DNA of 64,000 nucleotides from Acidimicrobiia bacterium (GTDB lineage Bacteria > Actinomycetota > Acidimicrobiia > Spongiisociales > UBA5794), in the NCBI GenBank assembly GCA_035458525.1, contig DATHZQ010000007.1, positions 4,768 through 68,767 of the forward strand, in the 5' to 3' direction. Positions 1 through 11,300 of this stretch are shown piece by piece. The position numbers were made by a program, and so were the translations under genes. Each line of letters begins with the position of its first letter. Within the stretch, counting starts at the first letter, position 1. A model generated the notes under the pieces. It did no database searches. It had not been told where the DNA came from and was given only the letters and a program-made list of their open reading frames with translations.

Positions 1-833
<833 letters not shown>

Positions 834-876
834 TTGCGGCTGATAGTGTCGGCCAGCGGGCAGGGAGGTCGACGCC

Positions 877-2082
877 ATGGCCGTATTGGGCAAGTCGGAT
901 GTCACACGCACGGCGAGCTGGCTGCGGTCGGGACTGCGGGCGGCGGAGGCCGTCGGGCGCATCGAGACGGCCCGCGATGAACCGCTGGCCACAGGCTTTC
1001 TGATCGCCGGGGATCAGCTCGGCGAGCAATTCGCCGGGCAGCCGATCTTCCTCACGGTCGATTACGCGTTCAACGAAATCGCCGGACGCACCGCCGATCA
1101 TGTCGTCTTCGAAGGCCTCTATGACGACCCGACTGCCGCTGCCGATGTTGGCATTCGAGACGTCCTGTGGTCGTCCCAGGAGCTGCACGCCGCCGTCTGC
1201 CTGCTCGATGGCCGGCCCGGTGCGATCGATGGTCTTCGTGCGGCGCCATTGCGGCCGACGCCAGGTGCCGAGGGGTACACGCGGGCCTGGGTCGTCGGGT
1301 ATCCAAAGGGCTTGAGCCTGGCGATGGGGCTCGAGGACAACGAGGTCATCGCGCTCGAGGGGCCGATGATGCACTACCGGACGGCCACGGAGCCGGGCTC
1401 TGGCGGAAGCCCGGTGTTCAACGATTACTGGGAGGTCGTGGCGATCCATGTGCTCGGTCGAGTAGACAAGGGATACAACGCCGGCACTCTGCTCGACGTG
1501 GTGCTCGAGGAAGCGCAAGATGCGCTGCGCCTCAAGAAGTTCGTTGCGTCCTCGGACCCCGCTGCAAGTCCTGTGACCCCGAGTGAGCGACGCGGGACGC
1601 TGTCGGCCTTCATCTCGTACAACAGCAACGACGTGCAGTTCGCCGAGCGCCTCTACACCGCGTTGCAGGGCCGCGGTGTGCGCTGCTGGTGGGACAAGCG
1701 TGACATGGCGCCGGGCGACATCATCGACGCCGGAATCCAAGCCGGCATCAAGGAGTCAGACCGAATACTGCTGTGCTGCTCGAAGAACTCACTCGGCGAC
1801 AGCGCGTGGGTGGATGCCGAGCTGGAGTTTGCGTTCGAACGGGAACGGAAGCTTCACAAAGCGTCCGGCAGCGCCAAGTCCGTCGTGATACCGCTCAACC
1901 TCGATGGCTATCTGTTCGACGGCTTCGAAGGGCCCAAAGGACCACAACTCAGGAAGCGATCCGCCGCCGACTTCACCCAATGGCGTCAACCCGAGGCCTT
2001 CGAGGGCGCAGTCGTTGATCTGCTGAGGGCGCTCACAACGGACGAGGAGACGAGCGACGCGGGTGACGACGGCACCGATTGA
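877..2082 (+). CDS. trypsin-fold domain (catalytic triad uncertain) fused to C-terminal TIR domain
   Basis: N-terminal half has V8/trypsin_2-like strings ATGFLIAG, VVGYPKG, TEPGSGGSPVFND, VVAIHV. C-terminal half is TIR-like: AFISYNSNDVQFAERLYTALQGRGVRCWWDKRDMAPGD and RILLCCSKNSLGDSAWVDAELEFAF (W-x3-E). RBS GGGAGG at 862-867. Confidence 0.8.
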   Translation: MAVLGKSDVTRTASWLRSGLRAAEAVGRIETARDEPLATGFLIAGDQLGEQFAGQPIFLTVDYAFNEIAGRTADHVVFEGLYDDPTAAADVGIRDVLWSSQELHAAVCLLDGRPGAIDGLRAAPLRPTPGAEGYTRAWVVGYPKGLSLAMGLEDNEVIALEGPMMHYRTATEPGSGGSPVFNDYWEVVAIHVLGRVDKGYNAGTLLDVVLEEAQDALRLKKFVASSDPAASPVTPSERRGTLSAFISYNSNDVQFAERLYTALQGRGVRCWWDKRDMAPGDIIDAGIQAGIKESDRILLCCSKNSLGDSAWVDAELEFAFERERKLHKASGSAKSVVIPLNLDGYLFDGFEGPKGPQLRKRSAADFTQWRQPEAFEGAVVDLLRALTTDEETSDAGDDGTD

Positions 2083-2094
2083 GCGACGGCACGC

Positions 2095-3816
2095 CTACTC
2101 CGCTTGGCCGGTGCGGACGTCGGCGGCGCCCATGCGGGCGGCGTCTGCGGTGTGGTCGTCGGGCATCGACTGAGAGTCGAGCTCCGCGGCCACCCGAGCG
2201 TCGTAATGCTCCAGCTCCCGCGCTCGGACGGCGTCGCTCCAGCCGAGCACTTCGCCCATCAGCTGTGCGGCGTCCCGCGCAGCAGCCAGGCCCCGGTCGT
2301 CCGTCTCGATGGAGATCCGCGTACGCCGGGTGAGCACGTCGTCGAGGTGGAGCGCACCCTCGTGGCTGGCGGCGTATCGAATCTCCGCACGGAGATATCC
2401 GGGGGCGCCGATGACGGGATCTGCCAGCGCAGGCTCCTCACGCATGAGGTGGAGGAGCTCCGTGGTCCTTGACCCGTACCGGCCAACGAGACGCTGCACC
2501 TCGGACGCTGCGATTCCTGCGTCATTACCCAATCGGCGGGCTGCCGCATTGACCTGCTCGAAACCCTCGGCACCGATGAGCGGCGTCGTCGCGGTCTGTG
2601 ACGATCGCACACGCACGCCCATCTGCTCGGCCGCAACGTCGACGGTGTCCTCGGCCATCACTCGGTAGGTGGTGTACTTGCCGCCGGCCACGGTCACGAG
2701 ACCCGGTGCGCGCACGACAACCGCATGCTCCCGGCTCAGCTTGCTGGTCGCATCGGTCTCGCCGGTGAGCAGCGGCCGCAACCCGGCGTACACCCCGATG
2801 ATGTCGTCCGTGCCGATGGGGTCCGTCAGCACGCTGTTCACGTGTTCGAGGATGTACGAGATGTCGGTCTGGGACGCGGCCGGATGGGCGAGTCCGAGGT
2901 CCCATGGGGTATCCGTCGTGCCGATGATCCAGAACGTCCCCCACGGGATCATGAACAGGACGGACTTCTCGGTTCGAATGATCATGCCGGTGCCCGATTC
3001 GATGCGGCTGCGGGGCACCACGAGGTGGATGCCCTTCGACGCCGTGACCTGGCGCCCGTGCTCGCCGACCATGTCTTCGATGAAGTCGGTCCACACGCCC
3101 GTTGCGTTGACGACCGCCTTCGCCCGGATCGTCAGATCGCGGCCCGACTCGAGATCGACGGCTTCCACAGCGTCGACCTTGGTCTCGGTGCGGTGGAGGC
3201 CGGTGGCCCTGACACTCGTCGCCACGGCGGCGCCCAGGCCGGCGGCGGTCCGGGCCACGCTCATGGTGTGGCGGGCGTCGTCGACCTGCGCGTCCCAGTA
3301 GCGCAGACCACCGACCAGGGAATCTTTGCGCAACGCCGGCATGAGCTCGAGTGCGCTGGTTCGCGACAGATGGCGGTGCCAGGGGAGCACGTTGGTGCGC
3401 GAAACGGTGGCCATGACGTCGTAGAGCCCAACGCCTGCTCCCACGTAGAAGCGTTCCCAGAAGCGGTGCTGCAGCGGATAGAGGAAGGACACGGGGTTGA
3501 CGAGGTGGGGAGCGAGGGTCGACAGCAGCAGACCACGTTCATGGAGGGCCTCGAAGACCAGCCTGAACTCGAATTGCTCGAGGTAGCGCAACCCTCCGTG
3601 GATGAGCTTGGAGGATCGGCTCGAGGTGCCGGACGCCAGGTCCCGCTGCTCGATGAGCGCCACGGACAGTCCGCGCGTCGCAGCATCCAGCGCGGTGCCT
3701 GCGCCGGTGACCCCCGCACCGATCACGACGAGGTCGAACGCCTCGTCGGCGAGGCGATCAAGCGTCGTGATCCGCTCGTTTGGACCGAGAACTGAGGCGG
3801 CGCGATCAAGGCTCAT
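2095..3816 (-). CDS. glpD: FAD-dependent glycerol-3-phosphate dehydrogenase
   Basis: DLVVIGAGVTGAGTALDAATRG FAD fold and SSRSSKLIHGGLRYLEQ. Start placed at ATG 3816 (MSLDRAAS) inside ORF 2095..3867. Confidence 0.93.
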   Translation of the reverse strand: MSLDRAASVLGPNERITTLDRLADEAFDLVVIGAGVTGAGTALDAATRGLSVALIEQRDLASGTSSRSSKLIHGGLRYLEQFEFRLVFEALHERGLLLSTLAPHLVNPVSFLYPLQHRFWERFYVGAGVGLYDVMATVSRTNVLPWHRHLSRTSALELMPALRKDSLVGGLRYWDAQVDDARHTMSVARTAAGLGAAVATSVRATGLHRTETKVDAVEAVDLESGRDLTIRAKAVVNATGVWTDFIEDMVGEHGRQVTASKGIHLVVPRSRIESGTGMIIRTEKSVLFMIPWGTFWIIGTTDTPWDLGLAHPAASQTDISYILEHVNSVLTDPIGTDDIIGVYAGLRPLLTGETDATSKLSREHAVVVRAPGLVTVAGGKYTTYRVMAEDTVDVAAEQMGVRVRSSQTATTPLIGAEGFEQVNAAARRLGNDAGIAASEVQRLVGRYGSRTTELLHLMREEPALADPVIGAPGYLRAEIRYAASHEGALHLDDVLTRRTRISIETDDRGLAAARDAAQLMGEVLGWSDAVRARELEHYDARVAAELDSQSMPDDHTADAARMGAADVRTGQAE

Positions 3817-3884
3817 ATGCTGATTCTGGCGCGGGATCGGTGCAGAGGAGAATCGGCCGGAGGGCACTTGTAGGCTCGCCCCCT

Positions 3885-5600
3885 ATGAGCACCATCCCTG
3901 AAGATCTCGCCGCACGCACCCGAGCCTGGATCGACGGTGACCCGGATCCTGAGACTCGCACCGAACTGGAACAGCTCCTCGACGACGGAAACGCAGAAGA
4001 GCTGGCGGAGCGCATGGCCGGCTCCCTCGCATTCGGCACCGCCGGGCTGCGTGGCCGCGTCGAGGCTGGCTCGAATCGCATGAATCGTGCGGTCGTGATC
4101 CGGACGACTGCCGGCCTGGCGGACTACCTGTTGCGCCGCGGCGGCGAAGGCCCGGTCGTGGTGGGTTTCGACGCTCGGCTGTCGAGCCGAGTCTTCATGG
4201 AGGACACGGTCGGTGTGCTCGTCGCCGCAGGCATCCCCGTGCGGTACTTCGATGAGCCGGTGCCCACCCCCATCGTGGCGTACGCAGCGCTTGCGGCGGA
4301 CGCCCGGGCGGCGATCGTGATCACGGCCAGCCACAACCCGCCGAAGGACAACGGATACAAGGTCTACGACGCCAACGGGGCGCAGATCATTCCCCCCGTC
4401 GATCGCGACATCGCGGCGGCCATCGACAACGTGGGCGCCGCAAGCGACGTGCCGCTGGTCGACTCCCCGCTGTCGCATTCCATGGTGGCGCCGGTCGACG
4501 CCGCCGTCTTCGACCGCTACCTCACCGACCTCGCTGCCGCTCGCAACATCGATCCCGCCGGCAAAGCGATCCGGATCGTCTACTCGCCGATGCACGGGGT
4601 GGGCGGCCGCTACGTCGTCTCCGCATTGGCGCACTTCGGCTACGGCAACGTGAGCCCCGTTGTGGAGCAGTTCGCCCCCGACGGGCACTTTCCAACCGTC
4701 GCGTTCCCCAACCCGGAGGAGCCCGGCGCTCTCGACCTGGCGCTCGCCCAAGCCGAGAGGGAGAACGCCGACCTCATCATTGCCAACGACCCCGACACCG
4801 ATCGCCTCGCCGTGAGCGTCGTCGGTCACGACGGGGCTTGGACCCCGCTCACCGGCAATCAGATCGGCGTGTTGCTCGCCGACTACATCCTGAGCACCAC
4901 GTCGGAGCGGCGACCCATCGTGATCAGCTCGATCGTCTCCTCGCCGATGTTGGAGTCGATCGCCGAGGCCCACGGCGCCTTCTTCACCCAGACGCTCACG
5001 GGGTTCAAGTGGATCTGGAACGCAGCGCTCGACTTGCAGGAGGCCGGGCAAGGCCGCTTCGTGTTTGGCTACGAGGAAGCTCTCGGCTACTCGGTCGCTC
5101 CGGGCGTCCGGGACAAGGACGGTATCAGTGCCTCGGTGTTGTTCGCCGACCTGACTGCCCACGCCGGGGACGCAGGCACCGATGTGATGGGCCGCCTCGA
5201 AGCGCTCTACCGGCGGCACGGTCTGTGGGTCTCGACCCAGCGGAGCGTGGTACGCCCTGGGACCGAAGGCGCCGCGGAGATCGCCGCGGCGATGCAACGG
5301 CTGGGGGCCGGCCCACCCGAGGCGCTCGGCGAAATACCCGTCGTGAACGTGACCGACTTCCGAGTCGGTGCCGGGGCCCGTCCTCGATATCTGGCCGCCA
5401 CGCCGCTCGTGGCCCTCGACCTCGGGCAGAAGGGTCGCGTGCTGGTCCGTCCTTCCGGGACCGAGCCGAAGTTGAAGATCTACGTCGACCTCACCGCACC
5501 CTTGGCGGACGGTGCCATCGTCGCCGATGCTGAGCGTGTGTTGCTCGACGAAGCCGCGGCGCTTGCCGAGCTGGTCGTCGGTCATCTCGGATTGGGCTGA
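3885..5600 (+). CDS. phospho-sugar mutase (phosphoglucomutase/phosphomannomutase family)
   Basis: Active-site loop [15 protein letters not shown]. Four-domain length. Start at ATG 3885 (MSTIPEDL) inside ORF 3780..5600. Confidence 0.9.
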   Translation: MSTIPEDLAARTRAWIDGDPDPETRTELEQLLDDGNAEELAERMAGSLAFGTAGLRGRVEAGSNRMNRAVVIRTTAGLADYLLRRGGEGPVVVGFDARLSSRVFMEDTVGVLVAAGIPVRYFDEPVPTPIVAYAALAADARAAIVITASHNPPKDNGYKVYDANGAQIIPPVDRDIAAAIDNVGAASDVPLVDSPLSHSMVAPVDAAVFDRYLTDLAAARNIDPAGKAIRIVYSPMHGVGGRYVVSALAHFGYGNVSPVVEQFAPDGHFPTVAFPNPEEPGALDLALAQAERENADLIIANDPDTDRLAVSVVGHDGAWTPLTGNQIGVLLADYILSTTSERRPIVISSIVSSPMLESIAEAHGAFFTQTLTGFKWIWNAALDLQEAGQGRFVFGYEEALGYSVAPGVRDKDGISASVLFADLTAHAGDAGTDVMGRLEALYRRHGLWVSTQRSVVRPGTEGAAEIAAAMQRLGAGPPEALGEIPVVNVTDFRVGAGARPRYLAATPLVALDLGQKGRVLVRPSGTEPKLKIYVDLTAPLADGAIVADAERVLLDEAAALAELVVGHLGLG

Positions 5601-5670
5601 TTGGCCTGGTTCGTCCGGCGAAACATCGGCCATAATTGGCCCGACACCACCCTGCTCGAGGAGATTTGAC

Positions 5671-6720
5671 ATGGACCTGGCCGCGCTGCTCGGTGACGAT
5701 GCCGACGCCCTGCTCTCATACGAATCCAAAGGGATTCCAAAAGAAGACCTGTCACTGCCCGGTCCCGACATCGTGGACCGTGTGTATGCGCAGAGCGATC
5801 GTTCCCCGCAGGTGCTGCGGAACCTGCAGTCCCTGTTCGGAAACGGGCGGCTCGGCGGCACGGGCTACGTGTCGATTCTCCCCGTCGACCAAGGTATCGA
5901 GCACTCGGCCGCAGCGTCCTTCGCCCCCAATCCCGCATATTTCGACCCGGCCAACATCGTCGAGCTGGCCATCGAGGCCGGCTGCAACGCTGTGGCATCG
6001 ACGTTCGGCGTGCTCGGCATCGTGTCGCGCACCTACGCACACAAGATTCCCTTCATCGTCAAGATCAACCACAACGAGTTGCTGACGTACCCGGCGACGC
6101 ACGACCAGATCATGTTCGGCTCCGTCGATCGGGCATTCGATCTGGGCGCAGCCGGCGTCGGCGCCACGATCTACTTCGGTGCGGACAACTCGATGCGGCA
6201 GCTACAGGAAGTGTCGGATGCGTTTGAGCGTGCTCACCAACTCGGCATGTTCACGGTCCTCTGGTGCTACGTGCGCAACTCGGCCTTCAAGGTCGATGGA
6301 GTGAACCACGAGGGTTCCGCCGACCTCACCGGGCAGGCCAACCACATCGGGGCGACGATCCACGCCGACATCGTCAAGCAGAAGCAGCCTGAGTCGAACA
6401 ACGGCTACGGAGCCGTTGGGTTCGGGCGTACGCACCCGCGGGTGTACGAGGAGCTCACGACCGACAATCCGATCGATTTGACCCGCTGGCAGGTCGCCAA
6501 CTGCTACATGGGCCGCATTGGCCTCATCAACTCGGGCGGCGCTTCCTCGGGAGCCGGCGATCTCGAGCAGGCGGTACGCACTGCCGTCATCAACAAGCGC
6601 GCCGGTGGCACAGGGCTCATCAGCGGACGCAAGGCCTTCCAGCGCCCCATGGCTGAAGGGATCCAGCTTCTGAATGCCATCCAGGACGTCTACCTCGATG
6701 ACGAGGTGACGGTGGCGTGA
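5671..6720 (+). CDS. fbaB: class I fructose-bisphosphate aldolase, FbaB/DhnA type
   Basis: Colinear with E. coli FbaB as I recall it: [71 protein letters not shown]. Start at ATG 5671. Confidence 0.93.
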   Translation: MDLAALLGDDADALLSYESKGIPKEDLSLPGPDIVDRVYAQSDRSPQVLRNLQSLFGNGRLGGTGYVSILPVDQGIEHSAAASFAPNPAYFDPANIVELAIEAGCNAVASTFGVLGIVSRTYAHKIPFIVKINHNELLTYPATHDQIMFGSVDRAFDLGAAGVGATIYFGADNSMRQLQEVSDAFERAHQLGMFTVLWCYVRNSAFKVDGVNHEGSADLTGQANHIGATIHADIVKQKQPESNNGYGAVGFGRTHPRVYEELTTDNPIDLTRWQVANCYMGRIGLINSGGASSGAGDLEQAVRTAVINKRAGGTGLISGRKAFQRPMAEGIQLLNAIQDVYLDDEVTVA

Positions 6721-6786
6721 GTCAGAATTCATCAGTCGGCGGGCGCCGCTGGGGGGCCGCCCGCCCCTCGAAGTGAGGAGGGTCGT

Positions 6787-8313
6787 GTGGCTTTCGAACT
6801 GCCTCGCGCAAAATCGGTAGCTGTCAATCCGAGCCAGGCGGAATTGCGAGCCTGGACGCTCGAATTCATGCCGCGGGTCACCGAGACGACCTTCGGAAAC
6901 CTGAACTACCAGGCGGAGGTCACGGCTCGCCTCGCCCGGTCCACGTTCTTCATCGCCGAAGATGAGATCCATCAGAACCGCATCAGCCGTGCCGAGGCCG
7001 ATGCGTGGGCGGCGAAGCAAGACGCCTACATCGCCGACAAGGACATGATCGTCATCGAGGGCTACATCGGCCCGGACCCGGAGTTCCGGACGGGTGGCCG
7101 GCTGTTCATGGAGAAGACCCAAGCCAACATCCCGGCGATGCAACGCCAGCTCTACTTCGATCCGGACGAGGCGTGGACGCCCGAGTTCACGGTCGTCTAC
7201 ACGCCTGGGCTGCGGGCCCCGGGCAAGCCCGACGACCGCTTGATCATCGTCGACCTGGAGAACTACGTCACGCGTGTGCTCGGCTCTGACTACTTCGGCG
7301 AGTCGAAGATGGGTGGGCTGCGTATGTGGAACCACCTCGTGTATCAACGCGGCGGCTTGGCGCTCCACTCCGGGCTGAAGACCTTCCCCGACGTGGATGG
7401 CGAGGAGAAGGTGGCACTGATCCTCGGCCTGTCCGGGACGGGCAAGACCACGACGACCTTCCGGCAGCAGCTCGGGTCGCTCCCGGTGCAGGACGACTTC
7501 GTCGGTCTCATGCCGGGAGGCAAGGTTTACACCACCGAGAACGGTTGTTTCGCCAAGACCTACGGCCTCGACCCCGACGACGAGCCCACGATCTACGGAG
7601 GGACCACCCGGCCGGACGCCTGGCTCGAGAACACGGCGGTCACCGAGGCCGGAGTCGTCGATTTCTTCGACGACTCCTACACACGCAACGGGCGGTCGAC
7701 GTTCCCGCTGGCCAACATCCGCCACCGGGATCCGCGGAATCTGCCGAAGGCGAACTATCTGCTGCTGCTCAACCGCAACGAGACCATCATCCCGGCGGTC
7801 GCCAGGCTCAAGCGTGAGCAGGCGGCGGCGTACTTCATGTTGGGGGAGACCAAGGGCACGTCGGCCGGCGGCGCCGCCGAAGCCGGCAAGAACCTGCGGG
7901 TTCCCGGTACCAACCCGTTCTTCTTCGACAACGACGCACTGCAGGGGAATCGCTTCCTCGAACTGCTCGAATCGATGCCCGATCTCGAGGTGTACCTGAT
8001 GAACACGGGCCGGGTGGGTGGTCCAGAGTCCGACGAGCGTTCGAAGAAGGTCAAGATTCGCCACAGTTCCGCCGTCGTGCAGGGCATCGTCGCGCAAACG
8101 ATCGAGTGGGAAGAAGACCCGGACTTCGGGTACTTCGTCGCTACGAGGCTGCCTGAGTTCGACGATGCAGACCTGCTGCAGCCGCGGCTGATGTACGAGC
8201 GTCAGGACCGTACGACCGAATACAAGGAGCTGGTCGAGGAGCTGAATGCCGCCCGGCGGGAATACCTGTCCGGTTTCGTCGGATTGGCGCCTACCATCGT
8301 GACTGCTATCTAA
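6787..8313 (+). CDS. pckA: phosphoenolpyruvate carboxykinase (ATP)
   Basis: Kinase-1a loop GLSGTGKTTTT, DDFVGL, NTGRVGG. GTG 6787 is preceded by GAGGAGG. Confidence 0.93.
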   Translation: MAFELPRAKSVAVNPSQAELRAWTLEFMPRVTETTFGNLNYQAEVTARLARSTFFIAEDEIHQNRISRAEADAWAAKQDAYIADKDMIVIEGYIGPDPEFRTGGRLFMEKTQANIPAMQRQLYFDPDEAWTPEFTVVYTPGLRAPGKPDDRLIIVDLENYVTRVLGSDYFGESKMGGLRMWNHLVYQRGGLALHSGLKTFPDVDGEEKVALILGLSGTGKTTTTFRQQLGSLPVQDDFVGLMPGGKVYTTENGCFAKTYGLDPDDEPTIYGGTTRPDAWLENTAVTEAGVVDFFDDSYTRNGRSTFPLANIRHRDPRNLPKANYLLLLNRNETIIPAVARLKREQAAAYFMLGETKGTSAGGAAEAGKNLRVPGTNPFFFDNDALQGNRFLELLESMPDLEVYLMNTGRVGGPESDERSKKVKIRHSSAVVQGIVAQTIEWEEDPDFGYFVATRLPEFDDADLLQPRLMYERQDRTTEYKELVEELNAARREYLSGFVGLAPTIVTAI

Positions 8314-8350
8314 TTCCTGGTTCGCACACTGGGGTAGAGGGGACGACGAC

Positions 8351-11300
8351 GTGGTTGACGCACGTCCGGCCGACGACCGCTGGGTTTCGGACCCGCGATT
8401 CGAATACAACGAATTGCGGCGTCCGGAGTTTGGCATGCTCCGAAAAGGTGGCCTCGATCCCGCCCCCGTCGAGGCCTACGTCACCCGCTTGGAGCGGCTC
8501 GCCAAAGACTTCGTGAGCTTCACACGGGAACTCGAATCCCGCATCGCCCATGCCAAGGCCGAGACCCGGGACGCAAGAGAAGCAGAACGCCGCGCCGTCG
8601 ATGAGGCCATGCTCGCTGCGTTCGAGGCCAAGGAGCGCATCCTCCTCCAAGCGGAGGAGCGTGCGTGGGAGATCGAAGAAGAGGCTCGCAAGCGAGCGGC
8701 TGCGCTGGCTGATGGCGGCGCAACCCAAGTGGCGCCGGACGAAGAGATGCTCGAACTTCGCAAGCGGGTCGCCGAGTTCGAACGCACCGTTGAGGATCTG
8801 GAGATCCAGGTCGACCGCTGGAAGTTGCGGGCGTCCAAGCTCGAGAGCGAGGCGCAGAAGCAAATCGAGATTGCTTCGGAAGCAACCGCCAAGCGCGAAG
8901 AGGCCGAGGCGGCGAGTGCCAAGGCCTCCACGGTGCTGCAGTCCGCCGAGCGCCGCTCGCAGGCCCTGATGGCCGCCGCCCGGGCGGAGGCGGCGCAGAT
9001 CGCTGCCGATGCCGAGGGCGAAGCGGATCGCCTGCGTGCCGAATTGGAAGCGATGCGTGCGGCAGCCTCCGGTGCGGAGCCCAGTGAGGCCTCCCTGACC
9101 GAAGTGCGGCGCCAAGCAGATGCGATTCGTGCGAATGCGGAGAGTGAAGCGCAGCGCATCGTCGCACAGGCCCGCGCCGAAGCCGAAGGCATCACTGCGG
9201 CGGCAACCGAGGACGCCGAGGGTCTGCTTGCGGTCGCCACGACTCGGGCGGATGCTCGGAATCAGAAGGCCACCGCATCGGCAGCGAAGGAGCTCGAGCG
9301 AGCCCAGCGCCAAGCCGCGTCGATGATCGACAAGGCCAAGAAGGAGGCGGATCGCCTCAACGCCGAGTCGGAGACGATGCATGCCGACTTGAGGGAGGCG
9401 CTTGCGTCGTCCGAGGAGAAGGCTGCAGGGCTCGTGGCGGAGGCCGAGGCCAGTGCGGCCGCGCGCATCGACGAAGCTGAGGCACAAGCCGCCGCCAGGC
9501 TCGCAAACGCAGACGATGAGTTGGCGTCCTTGCGCCGGGAGGCGGAAGCGCAGCGCACGGCTGCCAATGCACACGCCGAGAGCATCGCCCAGCAGGCCGA
9601 GGCAACACTGCAATCCGCCCACGAACGAGCCGCCAACCTGTTGACCGAGGCCGAAGCAGATCTTGCCATCGCCGAAGCCGAGGCGCAGACGGCCGTGGCC
9701 GAGGCAGAGCAAGCGGCGGCGGCTCGTATCGCCGAAGCGCAAGCCGAGACAGCAGAGATACGCGAGGCCGCCGAAGCGTCCGCGAACCAGTTGTTGCTCG
9801 CCGCACAGGCCCAGGCGGACGAGGCCGAGAAAGAGGCGTCGGCGTTGGTGGCCGCCGCCCACGTCGATGTGGCCAACATCATCGCCGGCGCCGAGCAAAC
9901 ACGCGCTGCCGCGGTGGCGGAGGCCGAGAAGATTCGCGCTGCTGCCCACAAGGACGCCGAAGCTGCAGCCATCGCTGCCGAAGCCGAAGTGGCGAGCATC
10001 AAGGCGGAGGCGGAGCAAGCGGTCGTCGCTGCCCGCGAAGCAGCCGCCGCTGAGGTCGCCGAAGCCGAGGTGGAGGCGAAGGCACTCGTGGCGAAGGCCG
10101 AGGAATCTGCTGCGGCGATCGACGCTGAGGTGGCCAACGTGCGCAAGACCGCCGAAGAGGCGGCCGCCGCCAAGCTCGCCGAAGCCGAGGAGCGTGCTCA
10201 GGCCAAGCTCGCCGCAGCCGAGCAGGCGGTGGGGGAGGCAGAAGCCGCTGCTGAAGAGGTGCGCCGCGCTGCTGAGGAAGAGGCCGCAGCGATGCTGGCC
10301 GATGCCGACGCCCGCGCAAAAGAACGGCTTGCCGAGGCAGAGAAGGCCGTGAGCGACGCAGAGGCTGCGGCGGAAACGGTGTGGGTCACCACGGAGAAGA
10401 ACGCCGCCGCGGCGCTGGCCGAAGCCGAAAAGTCGGCGCGCGTCAAGCTCGCAGCGGCCGAGCAGGCGGTAGCAGAGAGCGAGCAGGCGGCGGCGCACAT
10501 CCGCCAGAAGGCAGAGGCAGCTGCAGCGACCATGATCGCCGAGTCCGAGGAGCAGGCACAGGCCAAGCTCGCTGCCGCGGAGACGGCCATCGCTGAGAGC
10601 GAGGCCGCGGCGGTTGCAATGCGGAAAGCCGCTGAAGACGCTGCTGCACAGAAGCTCTCCGAGGCCGAGGAGCAAGCCCAGACGAAGCTGGCGATGGCCC
10701 AGCAGGCTGCCGCAGAGGCGGAGACAGCCGCAGCCGACGTCCGCAAGGTCGCCGAGCAAGCCGCAGTTGCGAAACTCGCGGAGGTTGAAGAGCAGGCGGC
10801 GGCCCGTCTCGCCACCGTTGCGGAGGAAGCCGCCGGCCAAGAAGCGGCACTTGCCAAGACCCGCGCCGACGCCGATGCCGCCGCCAACGAGGTGCGGGCG
10901 GGGGCCGAGCAGATCCTGGCCTCGGCGAAAGAGATCGATCGCGAGACCGCCAAGAAGACCAAAGAGGCGCTCAAGGACGCACAGGCCGAAGCTGAGCGGA
11001 TCCGTAAGGAGGCGGCGCTCGAGGCCGAGTCCCTCCGTGGTGATGCGCAAGAGATTCTCGATGCGGCTCGGGCGGAGCACGAACGGCTCCGGCGCCGAGC
11101 CCAAGAGCTCCACGCCGCCGCGGCGCGCGCCGAGGAGGCCGCCGAGAAGGCTCGTTTCGCCGCCGAGCGGACGCGACAAGATGCGAAGGCTGACGCAGCG
11201 GCCTTGCTCGCCGAAGCGGCAGGGACGCTCGAACGTGCCCGTGGCGTCGATCCGAGCGAACGGGTCGAGCGCGAGGTCAAGCAACGCGCCGCTGCGTCGG

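Noticed and set aside
3813-5861. 682-aa minus-strand ORF covering the phosphosugar mutase
   Set aside because: It is a shadow ORF opposite a gene with the [13 protein letters not shown] active-site loop. It has no recognisable motifs.
5671-8313. Adjacent fbaB (class I aldolase) and ATP-type pckA, as an unusual gluconeogenic pair for an actinobacterium
   Set aside because: Both are ordinary, well-characterised enzymes. Their taxonomic unusualness cannot be judged without knowing the organism.
6202-8436. 744-aa minus-strand ORF covering pckA
   Set aside because: It is antisense to a gene with unambiguous PEPCK motifs. Its Arg/Gly/Val/Pro-rich composition is typical of a high-GC shadow ORF.
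9000-11000. Possible CRISPR array or mobile repeat, suggested by periodic repeats
   Set aside because: The repeats are contiguous 120-bp coding units with no spacers, lie in one open reading frame, and are not palindromic. No cas genes, transposase or integrase occur anywhere in the window.
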